Shown piece by piece: positions 1-11,591 of a stretch of 64,000 nucleotides of DNA; the first letter of the stretch is position 1, and each line of letters opens with the position of its first letter. Location: NCBI GenBank assembly GCA_951804945.1, contig OX638159.1, forward strand, positions 38,812,001 to 38,876,000, written 5' to 3'. The DNA comes from Podarcis cretensis (Eukaryota). The position numbers and the translations under genes were made by a program. Under the pieces are notes generated by a model that was not told the DNA's origin, ran no database searches, and worked only from the letters and a program-made list of their open reading frames with translations.

Positions 1-336
1 TGAGTTACACCTCCTGGGTGGGAGATTGCTCCTAAACCCCTTTGCAGCTGTGGTGCACCACATGATACCAGTTAATAAAAGGACACCACTGTAGAGATAC
101 CCTTGTGCCATCTGTTTCATCTTTATGCCACACAAATTTGCCAATGCAAAGGGGAACAATGGGAAGGGCTAGGGGCATGTAGGAAAAGGAGCTAGGCTGA
201 CTTGGAATCTAGTTACAGATAGGTAGCCGTGTTGGTCTGCCATAGTCAAAACAAAAAAAATTCCTTCCAGTAGCACTTTAAAGACCAACTAAGTTAGTTC
301 TTGGTATGAGCTTTCGTGTGCATGCACACTTCTTCA

Positions 337-486
337 GGGGGTATCCCCTGTAAGGTTGAACAATCACTAGGGTTTTGTGTGTGAGTTTCAGTTGATGTTG
401 GAAGCTGAAGAGACAAAGGCATGACTTGCTCTGGGCTGGACTCCAAGCTTTGACTTGAAGCCTCCCTTGAAACCTAATGGGGAAGC
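337..486 (+). repeat. 150-bp direct copy of 1191-1340 inserted inside the PLE palindrome
   Basis: By-eye alignment gives one mismatch (CCTCCC vs CCTTCC). CTTCTTCAGG occurs at both junctions (329-338 and 486-495). Confidence 0.95.
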
Positions 487-493
487 TTCTTCA

Positions 494-533
494 GGTATCT
501 GAAGAAGTGTGCATGCACACGAAAGCTCATACC
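494..533 (+). ncRNA. Minimal type I hammerhead ribozyme (PLE-associated)
   Basis: GGTAT-CTGAAGA-A-GTGTGCATGCACAC-GAAA-GC-TC-ATACC: stem I GGTAT/ATACC, CUGANGA and GAAA cores, palindromic stem II, palindromic AGCU in place of stem III, UC cleavage site. Confidence 0.8.
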
Positions 534-884
534 AAGAACTAACTTAGTTGGTCTTTAAGGTGCTACTGGAAGGAATTTTTTTTTGTTTGGAATCTAGTGT
601 TTGATTAGGAATAAGTCTTGCCCCTTGATGAAGGAGCAAATGCCTGCAAAAGTAGTGATAGAAAATCAAACACTCCAGTTTAAGCCAATGGAGAGCCATG
701 ACTGATTGCCCCACATCTCAACAGAGAATTCCAACTCATGCTGCAACAAACCATGGCACACCAGATCGCCTGGTCTATTTCCATTCAGGAAGCTTATTCT
801 TAGAAGCCCTTCCCATTTGGATAAACGATGCATCTTTAAAGCATCTTGTTAGCTTGGCAAGTAAGTTGGGTGGTACTTGGTATG

Positions 885-1545
885 TTTGTTTTTCTTTGTT
901 TTTATTTATACCCCATCTTTCCTCACATAACTCATGGTGTTGTTCCCAGGTGGTCTACCACCCAGGCACTGTCTAGAGTCAGAGGTGTTTAGTATTGTCA
1001 TAGGTTTGAAGGGTCAGTCTGGAAGATACACATGGGTTCCCCCCCCAAAAAAAAACCTGTGTAGGTAGAGGCTTTCCTATAAGAAGAAACCAACCCAACC
1101 AGTTCCTTTGTTAAGGCAATGACCTTAGCCAGCCAGATTAGTACACTATTTACATTAGAAAGAAGTTGCCTTGCTGCCTTGGAGACAAATGGGGGTATCC
1201 CCTGTAAGGTTGAACAATCACTAGGGTTTTGTGTGTGAGTTTCAGTTGATGTTGGAAGCTGAAGAGACAAAGGCATGACTTGCTCTGGGCTGGACTCCAA
1301 GCTTTGACTTGAAGCCTTCCTTGAAACCTAATGGGGAAGCAAGATCTGTTGGAGAGTTGATGCTGTGAGTCCCTCCATCCTTTGCTCAGGTCGTAAAATA
1401 AAGCCATATATCCTAAAGGCATCACAGTCTCCACTGACCTTCATTCCAAGGAAGCTGAACCCTGGATGAGCAACTCAGAGATTGGAGTGCGTGCAAGGGC
1501 ATCAACAAGATTGTGGCACCCACTGCCTTTAGTCAGACCATGCTC
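885..1545 (-). mobile_element. Degenerate 5S-rRNA-derived SINE, split by the insertion at 996-1507
   Basis: ~943-995 (TTCCCAGGTGGTCTACCACCCAGGCACT...) resembles the reverse complement of 5S rRNA. TTTA-rich tail at 885-915. Similarity plausibly resumes after 1507. Confidence 0.4.
996..1507 (+). mobile_element. Putative solo LTR (~510 bp)
   Basis: TGT...ACA termini, AATAAA at 1397-1402, appears to interrupt a SINE. Flanks (AGTAT/AGATT) are not a clean TSD. Confidence 0.35.
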
Positions 1546-2214
1546 TGTTTTTGGGCTCGTTCCGATTTATTGCTCTTCCTCATACCAGAGCAAGGAGTAT
1601 TAAGCAGAGCATATTAAAAGGAAAGCTGTCTGCTGTCCACCACCCACTTATCCTCTGAGAATTAGCTTGGCCACTGATCCTGTTGCAGCACCTGTCTCTC
1701 GTTCTGCTTTACTGCTCTGGGCTGGGATTGTTGGAGACTAATAAGTCTCAGCTGACTCTAAGCTCTGTCAATTAACCTTTGTCTCTGCAGCACCATATCC
1801 ACGGGCTTCCTCCTTGAGTCAACACTATTGGAAAGCCTTTCTTAACATTGCTGAGAGATAAGACTCCCACACAAAAGTCACCATCTAATGACAGCAAGCC
1901 AGTGCATTATTCTTTAACACCTGACATTCCACGGTATGTCAAGAGATGACCAAAACATTTAAATATCCCATTCCAAGCTCCTCACAGTTTTCCTGGGATG
2001 ATCAAATGAAAGATTTCAGTTCTAAGGATCTCTTAACTTGGATGTTAGCAGCGGACAGTATTTCTGCAGCTCCCAAACTTTGCAGCACTTGCAGCTCTCC
2101 CTTTGATACAAAGGACCCTAGCAATTGCTGGGGGAAAAACAAAAAACCTATTAACTGTGTGTTTCCATAGGTTTGGAAGAACCTGAAAAATTGTATGCTG
2201 TCTGATAGGACTTT

Positions 2215-2838
2215 TGTTGTTGTTGTTGTTTAGTTGTTTAGCCGTGTCTGACTCTTCGTGACCCCATGGACCAGAGCACGCCAGGCACTTCTGTCTTCCA
2301 CTGCCTCCCGCAGTTTGGTCAAACTCATGCTGGTAGCTTCGAGAACACTGTCCAACCATCTCGTCCTCTGTCGTCCCCTTCTCCTTGTGCCCTCCATCTT
2401 TCCCAACATCAGGGTCTTTTCCAGGGAGTCTTCTCTTCTCATGAGGTGGCCAAAGTATTGGAGTCTCAGCTTCAGGATCTGTCCTTCCAGTGAGCACTCA
2501 GGGCTGATTTCCTGAAGAATGGATACGTTTGATCTTCTTGCAGTCCATGGGACTCTCAAGAGTCTCCTCCAGCACCATAATTCAAAAGCATCAATTCTTC
2601 GGCGATCAGCCTTCTTTATTGTCCAGCTCTCACTTCCATACATCACTACTGGGAAAACCATAGCTTTAACTATACAGACCTTTGTCGGCAAGGTGATGTC
2701 TCTGCTTTTTAAGATGCTGTCTAGGTTTGTCATTGCTTTTCTCCCAAGAAGCAGGCATCTTTTAATTTCGTGACTGCTGTCACCATCTGCAGTGATCATG
2801 GAGCCCAAGAAAGTAAAATCTCTCACTGCCTCCATTTT
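2215..2838 (-). mobile_element. Bov-B (RTE clade) LINE, 5'-truncated 3' end
   Basis: Open frame 2230-2835 (DAFELWCWRRLLRVPWTARRSN...YFGHLMRR...LEKTLMLGK) matches the Bov-B ORF C-terminus. (CAA)n tail. 12-bp TSD TGATAGGACTTT at 2203-2214 and 2839-2850. Confidence 0.95.
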
Positions 2839-3332
2839 TGATAGGACTTTAGCACATCCAAAACTAATCTGGTTACATGGAGCCCTCCCTCTCTATGATA
2901 CAACATACAATTTGGCTAGCTCGATAGCTTCAATTATTTAGCTTAATGCTCTTCAAAATCAGCATAATGCTTCTTTCTGTATTTTTATTGTTTGTCATTT
3001 TGTTTGTTATATTTGATTTGTGCCAATTTTTTAAAAAAACACAATCAAAACAAAACACATGACATACAAGTGTACATATGGTTGTATGTCTATGTTGTGG
3101 CTGTTGCCCGAGTTATTAATTCATTTAGCAGATCAAAGTACACTAAGCAGTTTGTAATCAGCACCCCGCAGGATTTGACATGCCACACAGAAACAAAAAT
3201 GAGCCTTGTCACAGAAACAAACAACTCAACAGGTTGCTGCAGATATTTGTGACTTTTTGGTTATTCCTGTATGGTACATGGGGCTGTTACTTGTAGGCAG
3301 CTGCTTACCATATCAATGCTCTTAGATGGACC

Positions 3333-3383
<51 letters not shown>

Positions 3384-3705
3384 TTTATACCCCGCCCATC
3401 TGGCTGGGTTTCCTCAGCCACTCTGGGCTGCTTCCAACAAAATATTAAAATACAATAGTCCTTCAGATATTTAAAGCTTCCCTAAACAGGGCTACCTTCA
3501 GATGTCTCCTAAAAGTCTGGTAGTTGTTTTTTCCTTTGACATCTGGTAGGAGGGTGTTCCACAGGACGGGTGCCCCTACCAAGAAGGCCCTCTGCCTGGT
3601 TCCCTGTAACTTGGCTTCTCGCAGTGAGGGAACCCCCAGAAGGCCCTTGGCGCTGGACTTCAGTGTCTGGGCAGAACGATGGGGGTGGAGACGCTCCTTC
3701 AGGTT
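3333..3705 (-). mobile_element. L2-clade LINE 3' fragment with (AAT)n microsatellite at its tail (3333-3376)
   Basis: TTTATACCCCGCCC...GTTCCACAG...AAGGCCCT pattern typical of squamate L2 3' ends, followed by a simple-repeat tail. Confidence 0.7.
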
Positions 3706-5174
3706 TACTGTAATGTAATAGGTGCTTTACCCTATACTGCAAGGATGGGAACCTCAGGGTCCAGGGGCTGGATATGGCCTTCCAGGTAGAGACCTGTCTG
3801 GCCCTCAAAACTCTGCCAGGCCACACAGCTCACTGGCCATGCTTTGCACCTCAAATATTTTTGTGTGGCTGGATTGTGGCCTCTCCAGAGTTTAAAACAG
3901 GGGACCCCTGCCACCCCTATCTAGAGATGCCAAGGGTTGAACTTGGAACCTTCTGTATGCAAAGCAGATGGTCTACCACTGAGCCTTTCCACTATGGAAG
4001 ATAAGGCTGTCAATAGGTATTTTTTACGATGACCTAATTAACCTCCAAGGTGTGTCTCAGGAAGAGGAGGAAAAGGGCGCTCCAGTCTTCTTGTCCTGCT
4101 GTAGGCTCCTCGGAAATACCTGACTAGCCACTATTAAAAATGGGGCACTGGACTAGAGGGCTCTTGGGTCCACAGCTCTTCATAACATAAATTCGTAAGA
4201 GTTTCCCAGTATCTCCTCCACTTTCTTGTATGTAGTAGATATGATATGTGGTGAAACAACTGTCTATTTTTGGCCTCCCCTTTTCCAGACAGTGACCCAT
4301 AGTGACAGGGAAATGAATTAATTATTACAGAAATGCAGCCTTGGTTATTGTTAGAGGCAGACTAGGGATTACCTTTCTTTTTAAAAAATAATAATAGGAT
4401 GTTAGCCTATATGTAGCATAGGTTTTCAGTTCATTCCAGAGGCATGAGCAATTGGAGCGCAGATGGGATTAGCAGCCAGCTAATCTCTTGCAGTGTTGGT
4501 TAGCTTTATACAGCACAAGTTGAGAAAATTATACTTAGAAAATAAAAAGGTCCTTCTTTTATATAGAACTAGTAGCACCACAAGGAAGTCCAGCAATGCC
4601 ACTGTCTCAAGTTTCTACCTCTCCAGCATATTTTCATATCATTGCTATTATTCCATGTACATTTTTGTTTTTGTTCTAAACCTAATTGCTGCAGGATGTT
4701 AAGCACAGGTTGTTGCCTAGGGAACTTGGGCTCTGAGGTGATGGACAAATGGCAATAAGAAAGAAAGAAGAGTCAGACAAGCATCTGATTAATGGGCTAC
4801 CTTTCGCTGTCATGGATCAGTCAAAGCTAAGCATTTCATTGAGAGAATTCAGCATTTCCTCCTTGTAAGTAAAAAGCTTAAAATTCTGGTTAGTGCTTGA
4901 CAAATGTCCTCACATACTGGCTCATATAATGTGTGCAGACATGGTGACCATTGCTATAGCATCATGATAGGGTAGGACTTATGATAAAGAGGTCTCATGC
5001 ATCTTTAACTGAAAATTTCGGCAGCTGCAGCTTGCCTTCTGTAGCACAATGAAAAAATGCAGGAGCCTGTTCTCCATTCCATCTTGCACCATGGTTATGA
5101 AACTGCTGCCACCTGTACCCATAATTGTTCATTCACATCTTACGCACATCTGAGGACACACCTGATGATGACAT

Positions 5175-5312
5175 TAGGGATGGCATACCTATGGCCCTTC
5201 AGATGTTGCTGGACTTCAACTACCATCAGCCCTGGCCAGAATGGCTAATAGTCAAGGATTATGGAAAATGTAATCCAACAACACCTAGAAAGCCACAAAT
5301 TACCCATCCCTG
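5175..5312. mobile_element. hAT-type MITE (URR1/MER5-like)
   Basis: AGGGATGG...CCATCCCT terminal inverted repeats; internal palindromic GGACTTCAACTACCATCA...GTAATCC motif. Confidence 0.6.
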
Positions 5313-5366
5313 GTTTACATCAAGGGTGAGGAACCTGGCCCTCCAGATTGTTCAACTCCAACTCCA

Positions 5367-5700
5367 ACATAGGAACCTAAGAATAGCCTGCTAGATCTGG
5401 TCAATGACCTGTCTAGTCCAGCATCCTGTTCTCACAGTGGCCAACTAGAAGCCTGTGGGAAGCTCACAAGAGTGCAATAGCCCTCTCCCCACATGTGACT
5501 CCCAGCATCTGGCTCCAACTGTGGAGGCAGAACATAGCCATCATGGTTAGTAGCCACTGATAGCTGTATGCTCCATAAATTTGTCTCATTCTCTTTCAAA
5601 ACCATTCAAGTTGGTGACCATCACTACTCCCTGTAGAAACCAGTTCCATAATTTAACTATGTGCTGTGTGAAGAAGCACTTTCTGTTGTCTGTCCTGCCC
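5367..5700 (-). mobile_element. CR1-type LINE 3' fragment
   Basis: CATAGGAACCTAAGAA tail, TAGTCCAGCATCCTG, and AAGAAGCACTTTC...GTCCTG motifs; related to 14770-15015 and 40480-40860. Confidence 0.75.
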
Positions 5701-8700
5701 AGTGCTGTGGCCCAAGCCTAACTTGGGGGCCACAGGTTCCCCACCTGTGGTTTACATGGAGAAAGCTACGGGATCTTTATGGTACAGTCATTTTCATATC
5801 TACTTAGAAGTCCTTTTGAGTTTAACAAACCTTACCCCCAGGTTAATATATATTGGCTTTCTGGATTGCATCTTTACGGTACAAACCTAACCATGTCTAC
5901 TCAGAAGCAAGCTAGGTGAGTGGGTGTGGCAAGTCCCACTTAATCTAATAGGACTTCCTTTAGAGTAGACATAGATAGGCTTGCTTTGCTAGTCTCTTTT
6001 GAAAAGAGGAGGAAAGCTGGAAAATACACAGACAGTGACTTCTCCTATATAAAGCTCACTGTGCAATATTTACTAACTTAATGCTGACAAAAGCAAATTG
6101 ATTGCTAGCAAGTGCTTAGGGAGAGATCTGTCCTATTTAACTTACCCCTGTGACTATGTAAAAGCATCCATCACATCTACAAGTATTGTGCAACTCAGGG
6201 TATGACTACACCAGTGCCCCTCGGTTGCAGGTATATATATATATACACCTTAAAATATAATTTTAAGGATTTATATACAGCCCTTCATAGACTTTCCCAG
6301 GATGACTTGGAACGTAGCAAAAACAATAATATAATAAAACACAGCAGAAAAAACAACAGTGGAGAAAAAGCGTACTTCACAAGACTGGGGAAATTAAGAC
6401 ATCTTTTACCTAGCACTGGAAAAGCAACAATGTGTTGGTGATTTGTGACTGTGCAAGTCGTTATCGACATGAAGCGTTTTTCTTAAAAATTCCTTGTCCA
6501 GTTGTGCTTGGAGAATATATTTACCCAACACAGCCAGAAAATAGGACATTTAGTAGCAATTCAGGCCAATTTCTTTAATTTTAGGCTAATAATTAAGAAC
6601 ACACACACAAGGATATGAAGGAGTGAATGCTGCTTCATGAAGAGGAACGTGGTAGACCAGTTTCTTTAATTTGCAGGTTTTTCATATGCAGGATCCAGTA
6701 TGTGCTTGGACCAAGGCTGGTATTGCTTGCAGTGACATACCCAGCCATGCTCTGGACTGTGACAGTGCTCTCAGTGTTTGTCATGAACAATTAACAATGT
6801 GTGCTGGAAATAGCAGATCAATGTGCATTTTGTTAGGCTGGAGTATAGTCTGCAGGTTTTTTTAAAAAATCAACTTTCTGTTCAATGTAACCTCAAAAAT
6901 GCTCTAAAAAAGTTGTCGTTTTTAACTTGTAAGTTATGTACTTCAAGCCATTTGCATATATTTTCTCGTTTTGCATAATTAATTTTGCTTCCAATGGTCA
7001 TGGGAAGTGATGCAGGACACTGAATCCACATCCCAAAACTTATTACTTCCCCTTCTCATGGGTCTGAAGATTTCACTGAGCATAAAGACAACGAGTTTGT
7101 TTTTTATAACTGACACCTGGGATTCTCAGAATGCTGAATTCTGTACCCAGACATCCCACCCAAATCACAGAATGCAGACAGAGCCTCTTTCAGCAGCTGA
7201 TCAAATGTGTCATCCATATTGATTAAACAAGCACTGTAGATCTGTACAATATTTTAGTTCTGAAAACCCAGTACTGCAGGAAACAAACACTGCCATGCAT
7301 TTATGTTTCTTCAAAATCACTCTGTTACACCCACACCTGCGTTCTGATTTTGAAGAAAAAATAAGTGCAAATGTTCTTTTAACTTTGCAACCTGATCCTG
7401 ACTGTTTACAGTACTCAGAAATAAATCCCACTAAAGTTCTGTGGGACTTGTATCTAGATAAATATGCTTTGGATTGCAACATTGCTTTCCAAAAAAGAAA
7501 ATCTTTTGTCATTGTACAGAGATTAAATCTGGCTGGTGTGTAGATAAATGTTTCAGTTCTTCCATCTGTTTTTGGCTACTGAGCAATTGTATAGGACTGT
7601 TCAAATATAGACTCTGCCTCCTCTTAATGGCTCTTGCGGCATGAGTGTAGGGTTCCTCATCATTTTAGTGCCCCACACAATAAACGTCGAGGATATAAAT
7701 TTTGATATGCTTCCCAGCTGAATGGATGCCTAGAGTGGAGACAGACTGGCTGGAGCTAGAAGCTGTTAGCTTTGATTTACCTCCCTTCCATTATTCAATC
7801 CTATTGAGAATTTTGAGTAGCGATCACAAAGCATGTTGATTGGCTGCAGTTTATAGATTGAGTGATATTTAACTCCAGTCAATACTCGGCAACCTCCTAA
7901 CGATATTAGCGGCGATGAAGTAATGGTTGTTTGGTAAGAGGCAGACAATGAAGTAAGGTGTTTGCAAATAAATCCATTGACTGACGAGTTGTCCTCATTA
8001 ACCATGAAGCACATGTGTTCCTCCAAATCCCTGACAGGATTCCTGCCAAGAGGGAAGTACTTGTGAAAAGTTCTCCATGTCATTTCCTTGATGCAGTATT
8101 TACGCTTTGCCTGGTTTGTAATGTTTGGCTCACAGGCTGGAGACCTACGTATGCTATGGGACATGCTTCTGCTATGTCTAGAGCTCAAAATTTTTATGTG
8201 ACCCAGAAGCACACTTTCTCCATATGCTGTATCTGTTGCAGATGGGAACGTAAAGACAAGCAAAACAGAGGTTATTGGGAGAGGGGAGGTGTCAAAGAAC
8301 CCCAGAATATTCTACAATGCAAAGTGTAAACAGATGAAACACAAAAGTAGAGAACCAGCCACCCATTGTGCAGTAAGTGTTGCAAGATTCCATGTCCTGA
8401 GTTCAATAGCCCACCTAGCTACAGAAGCTCACTGGACAATCTTGGGTCAGCCATTCTCTCTCAGCCTTGTCTACCTCACAGGGCTCTTGTGAGGAGGCAA
8501 TAAGAGACTGATGATGTGCTCAGAGCTCCTGGAAGGAAGGGTGAAGCAAAGATGTAACAGAATATCCTATAATAAGCAAGGTAAGTGAGCTGTAATCTGG
8601 CTGCCACTTACTGATGCTCATTGTTGCACTCCATGTGCAAAAATATGCGAAAGATAAGAGTTCATGACCCCAGTGTGCTCTGATGAATCATGGGGTTGGA

Positions 8701-11201
8701 GAAAGTAAAAGTTCTGTTGCTCAGGATTTTCATGAGGGTGGCTGTTATGAGTTGCAAATACAGCCTAAACAATTATAGAGTGTGTCATCGCCGTTTTTCT
8801 AATCCTGGGGCAAGGTGCGGCAAGCTCTGCTAAGTTTGTTCCTCCTTGCACTAATGCATTTCTGTGTTATCCTTTGGGGTGCATACATTCAAAGAGCAGC
8901 GCATAGATCACAGTACAAGGTGCGAGAAGAGCAGGGCAGGGAATAATCAAGCAGCAGTGTGGTGATGTAGACTTTTTTTTTTGCTGTGTCAGCTCCAGGC
9001 ACCAAGGATCAGGTCCCTCAGGAGATGCAATGAAGTCTTCAGATCCAAAACATCCAGGCCTCTTTCCTCTGCCTGCTGATGTGGGACATTACTGCAGCCA
9101 AGCCAACAATTCATGTTTTGCTATATAGGTATATGAAGCAGCTAAAGCTCACAGAGCTCTCCTGTAAAATTTGCTAGAGAGAACTATATGAGATAGTTAT
9201 TTGACTACTACATTGGCTAGAAGCTGTAACAGCTTTTTTCCTGGGCATCTGTCTCTTTCTTCATCATGCTTCTAAGCTGACCGCACATGCATGTCTGAGC
9301 TCTGCAGCTCAGAGAGCATTTTTGAACTTACATTTTGTACATTTGTAACTTACATAGCGGTTATCAACCTGCCTTTATTTTGCTATTGTAATTGTTCCCT
9401 CAAGGCCTAAATTATGTAAGTAAATACTAGTTTTAGTTCTTCACAAAACAGTGTGTGATTATTATTTTTAAGGGGGTGAGGGGAAATACCAAGGAAAATT
9501 CAGTCTGCCTTAAAGCATCCTGGATTGTTGTGCTAGAAGTTTAAATCAACATTGTCTTAGCTTCCAAGTTGAAGTTGCAAAGGATGGTCCTATGCTGATC
9601 TCACTAATGTGAGCAAGGAAGGATAATAACTAAGCAATATATCTTCTCCTACAGCAGCCACGGGTAGTTTCGTGCCCACTTGGGCACAGCTTGGTTCTCC
9701 CACCACTGTTCTAGACTGCCATGTTAGCTAGCAGGCAAGAACTCTTCTCTGTCAGTAGATCTGCTTGGCACAACAGGTTCCTTGGCTTGTAAGCAGATGA
9801 GGTCAGAGTTCATGTTCCTTGGAATAGATGTCCTCAGAGATGTCCCATTTCCCCAAAGATGGAGTCCTAATTAGGGGCTTTCCTGGACTGGCTGTTCTGG
9901 CATATATTCCAGAAGAGAAAGAGAGAGCTGATGAGGATGCAGTGAGCAGCATACTGGAGTGTCAGCTTGCTACTCCCTGGGCTTTTCCAATGGTGGTTAG
10001 GGGAGATCTGTTACATGTACTGTGCACAGAGCTTACCTGAGTCTATGTCCTTTCTGTCTTACAGCTCTTAAGATGTCCAGCCATCAAATCAGAACATAAA
10101 TTTAATTGAAAGGCTTGAAACCAAATAGGTGACTCAAGTTTCACACTGGGAGAGCAGAGTGCAGCATTTCAGCAAGAAGAGTGGTAGAAGATAAACAGAA
10201 AAGCCTACTCTTTATGCTGCTTTCCCATGACAGTGTTGGTATAGTGAAGCATCAGGGAAATATTGTATCTATTCACCACATTTAAATCCTACCTTTCTTC
10301 CAAGGAGCTCAAGGCAGGATGCATAGTCTGCCTCTGCTTTTTATCCTTGCCATCTGTGTAGTAGGTTAAGATCAGGTATACCGTATGTAATAACTCGCCC
10401 AAGGTCACACAGTGAATTTTATAACTGAGGGGGCATTTGACTCTGAGTCTCCCCAGTCATAGCCTGATCCTCCAATTCATTCATTTAATTCATTTATTTG
10501 ATTTCCTAAAGATTTCCATGGCAGTGCCACACTGCTATGCCATACAGACTGTGCCACATCACACCATGCCGGCTCTCACATTGCAGCAGGTCTGGCAAGT
10601 TTCTATCAAGAACTCCAGTATCTTCAGGCTGACTAGTGTGTAGGGATGGGGGGAATTCATCTGACTTGGCACACCTACTGAACTTCTACTTTCTGAAACA
10701 ATTTGTGAACTGACAACCAGCCACCCTTCAAAATTCACACAAGCACCCCTCCGCACCATCCCAACACATATCCCTGCAACTATACAACCTCCCCCCTGTA
10801 AACACACCCTGTATTCTCCTGTACACAGAATGCAACCACACCACATGCTCTTGCAGCCACAAATGTCATGGAACTACATATGCAAAATGTTTTAGGTGCT
10901 TCATAAAGCAAAACTCCAGGCTCTCCATATGGATCTGGGTCTGAAAGACCAAGGGAAAATGTGGGTACATGGAGGGTAGGTTATTAGCAAGCACAGTTTG
11001 TGACATTCCACCACATCATTGCTGATCATCTGGTACATCTGTTTAAGCTTCCAATTTTCCAGCTCTTGGGAGTCTGAGCGAACATGAAATAGCCTTAACT
11101 CTGATCTTAAACTGGCAGGGTTTTTGAAATCACTGGTTTTTATTTAAAACAAAAAAAATTCCTTCCAGTAGCACCTTAAAGACCAACTAAGTTAGTTCTT
11201 G

Positions 11202-11239
11202 GTATGAGCTTTCGTGTGCATGCACACTTCTTCAGATAC
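11202..11239 (-). ncRNA. Minimal type I hammerhead ribozyme (minus-strand copy)
   Basis: Reverse complement reads GTAT-CTGAAGA-A-GTGTGCATGCACAC-GAAA-GC-TC-ATAC. Confidence 0.8.
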
Positions 11240-11553
11240 ACTGAAACAGAAGTTTCCAGACCCTTCTATATAGTGAGAAGGTGGGGAGGGGTATTACTCA
11301 GAAGGGTGGTGGGAATGGGTGATTGGCAGATAGCTGTGATGAGCCTGTTGACGACTCTTAACGACTGCAATAGGTCTTACAGGAAAAAGCAAGGGGTGAG
11401 AAGCTTTTTCCTGTAAGACCTATTACAGTCGTTAAGAGTCGTCAACAGGCTCATCACAGCTATCTGCCAATCACCCATTCCCACCACCCTTCTGAGTAAT
11501 ACCCCTCCCCACCTTCTCACTATATAGAAGGGTCTGGAAACTTCTGTTTCAGT

Positions 11554-11591
11554 GTATCTGAAGAAGTGTGCATGCACACGAAAGCTCATAC
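11554..11591 (+). ncRNA. Minimal type I hammerhead ribozyme (plus-strand copy)
   Basis: GTAT-CTGAAGA-A-GTGTGCATGCACAC-GAAA-GC-TC-ATAC: intact catalytic core and 4-bp stem I. Confidence 0.8.

Larger units (their letters stand above)
214..586 (-). mobile_element. Penelope-like element (PLE) remnant: inverted pseudo-LTR arms with hammerhead ribozyme motif and a 150-bp foreign insert at the apex
   Basis: Arm ~249-337 is the reverse complement of ~499-588. 12-bp direct repeat TTGGAATCTAGT at 202-213 and 587-598 (TSD). 34-nt unpaired tail at 214-247. Arms nearly identical to those at 11147-11682. CTGAAGA...GAAA core present. Confidence 0.8.

Noticed and set aside
2045-2773. Recurring ORFs (MTPWTRARQ..., MDQSTPG..., MLTGRTD...), also at ~18 kb and ~63 kb
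   Set aside because: Antisense and alternate frames of Bov-B copies, not a gene family.
7766-8263. 165-aa minus-strand ORF
   Set aside because: No recognisable domain or convincing splice signals; consistent with chance.
11204-11589. Two nearly identical 70-aa ORFs on opposite strands
   Set aside because: Artefact of the DNA palindrome; no recognisable protein motif.
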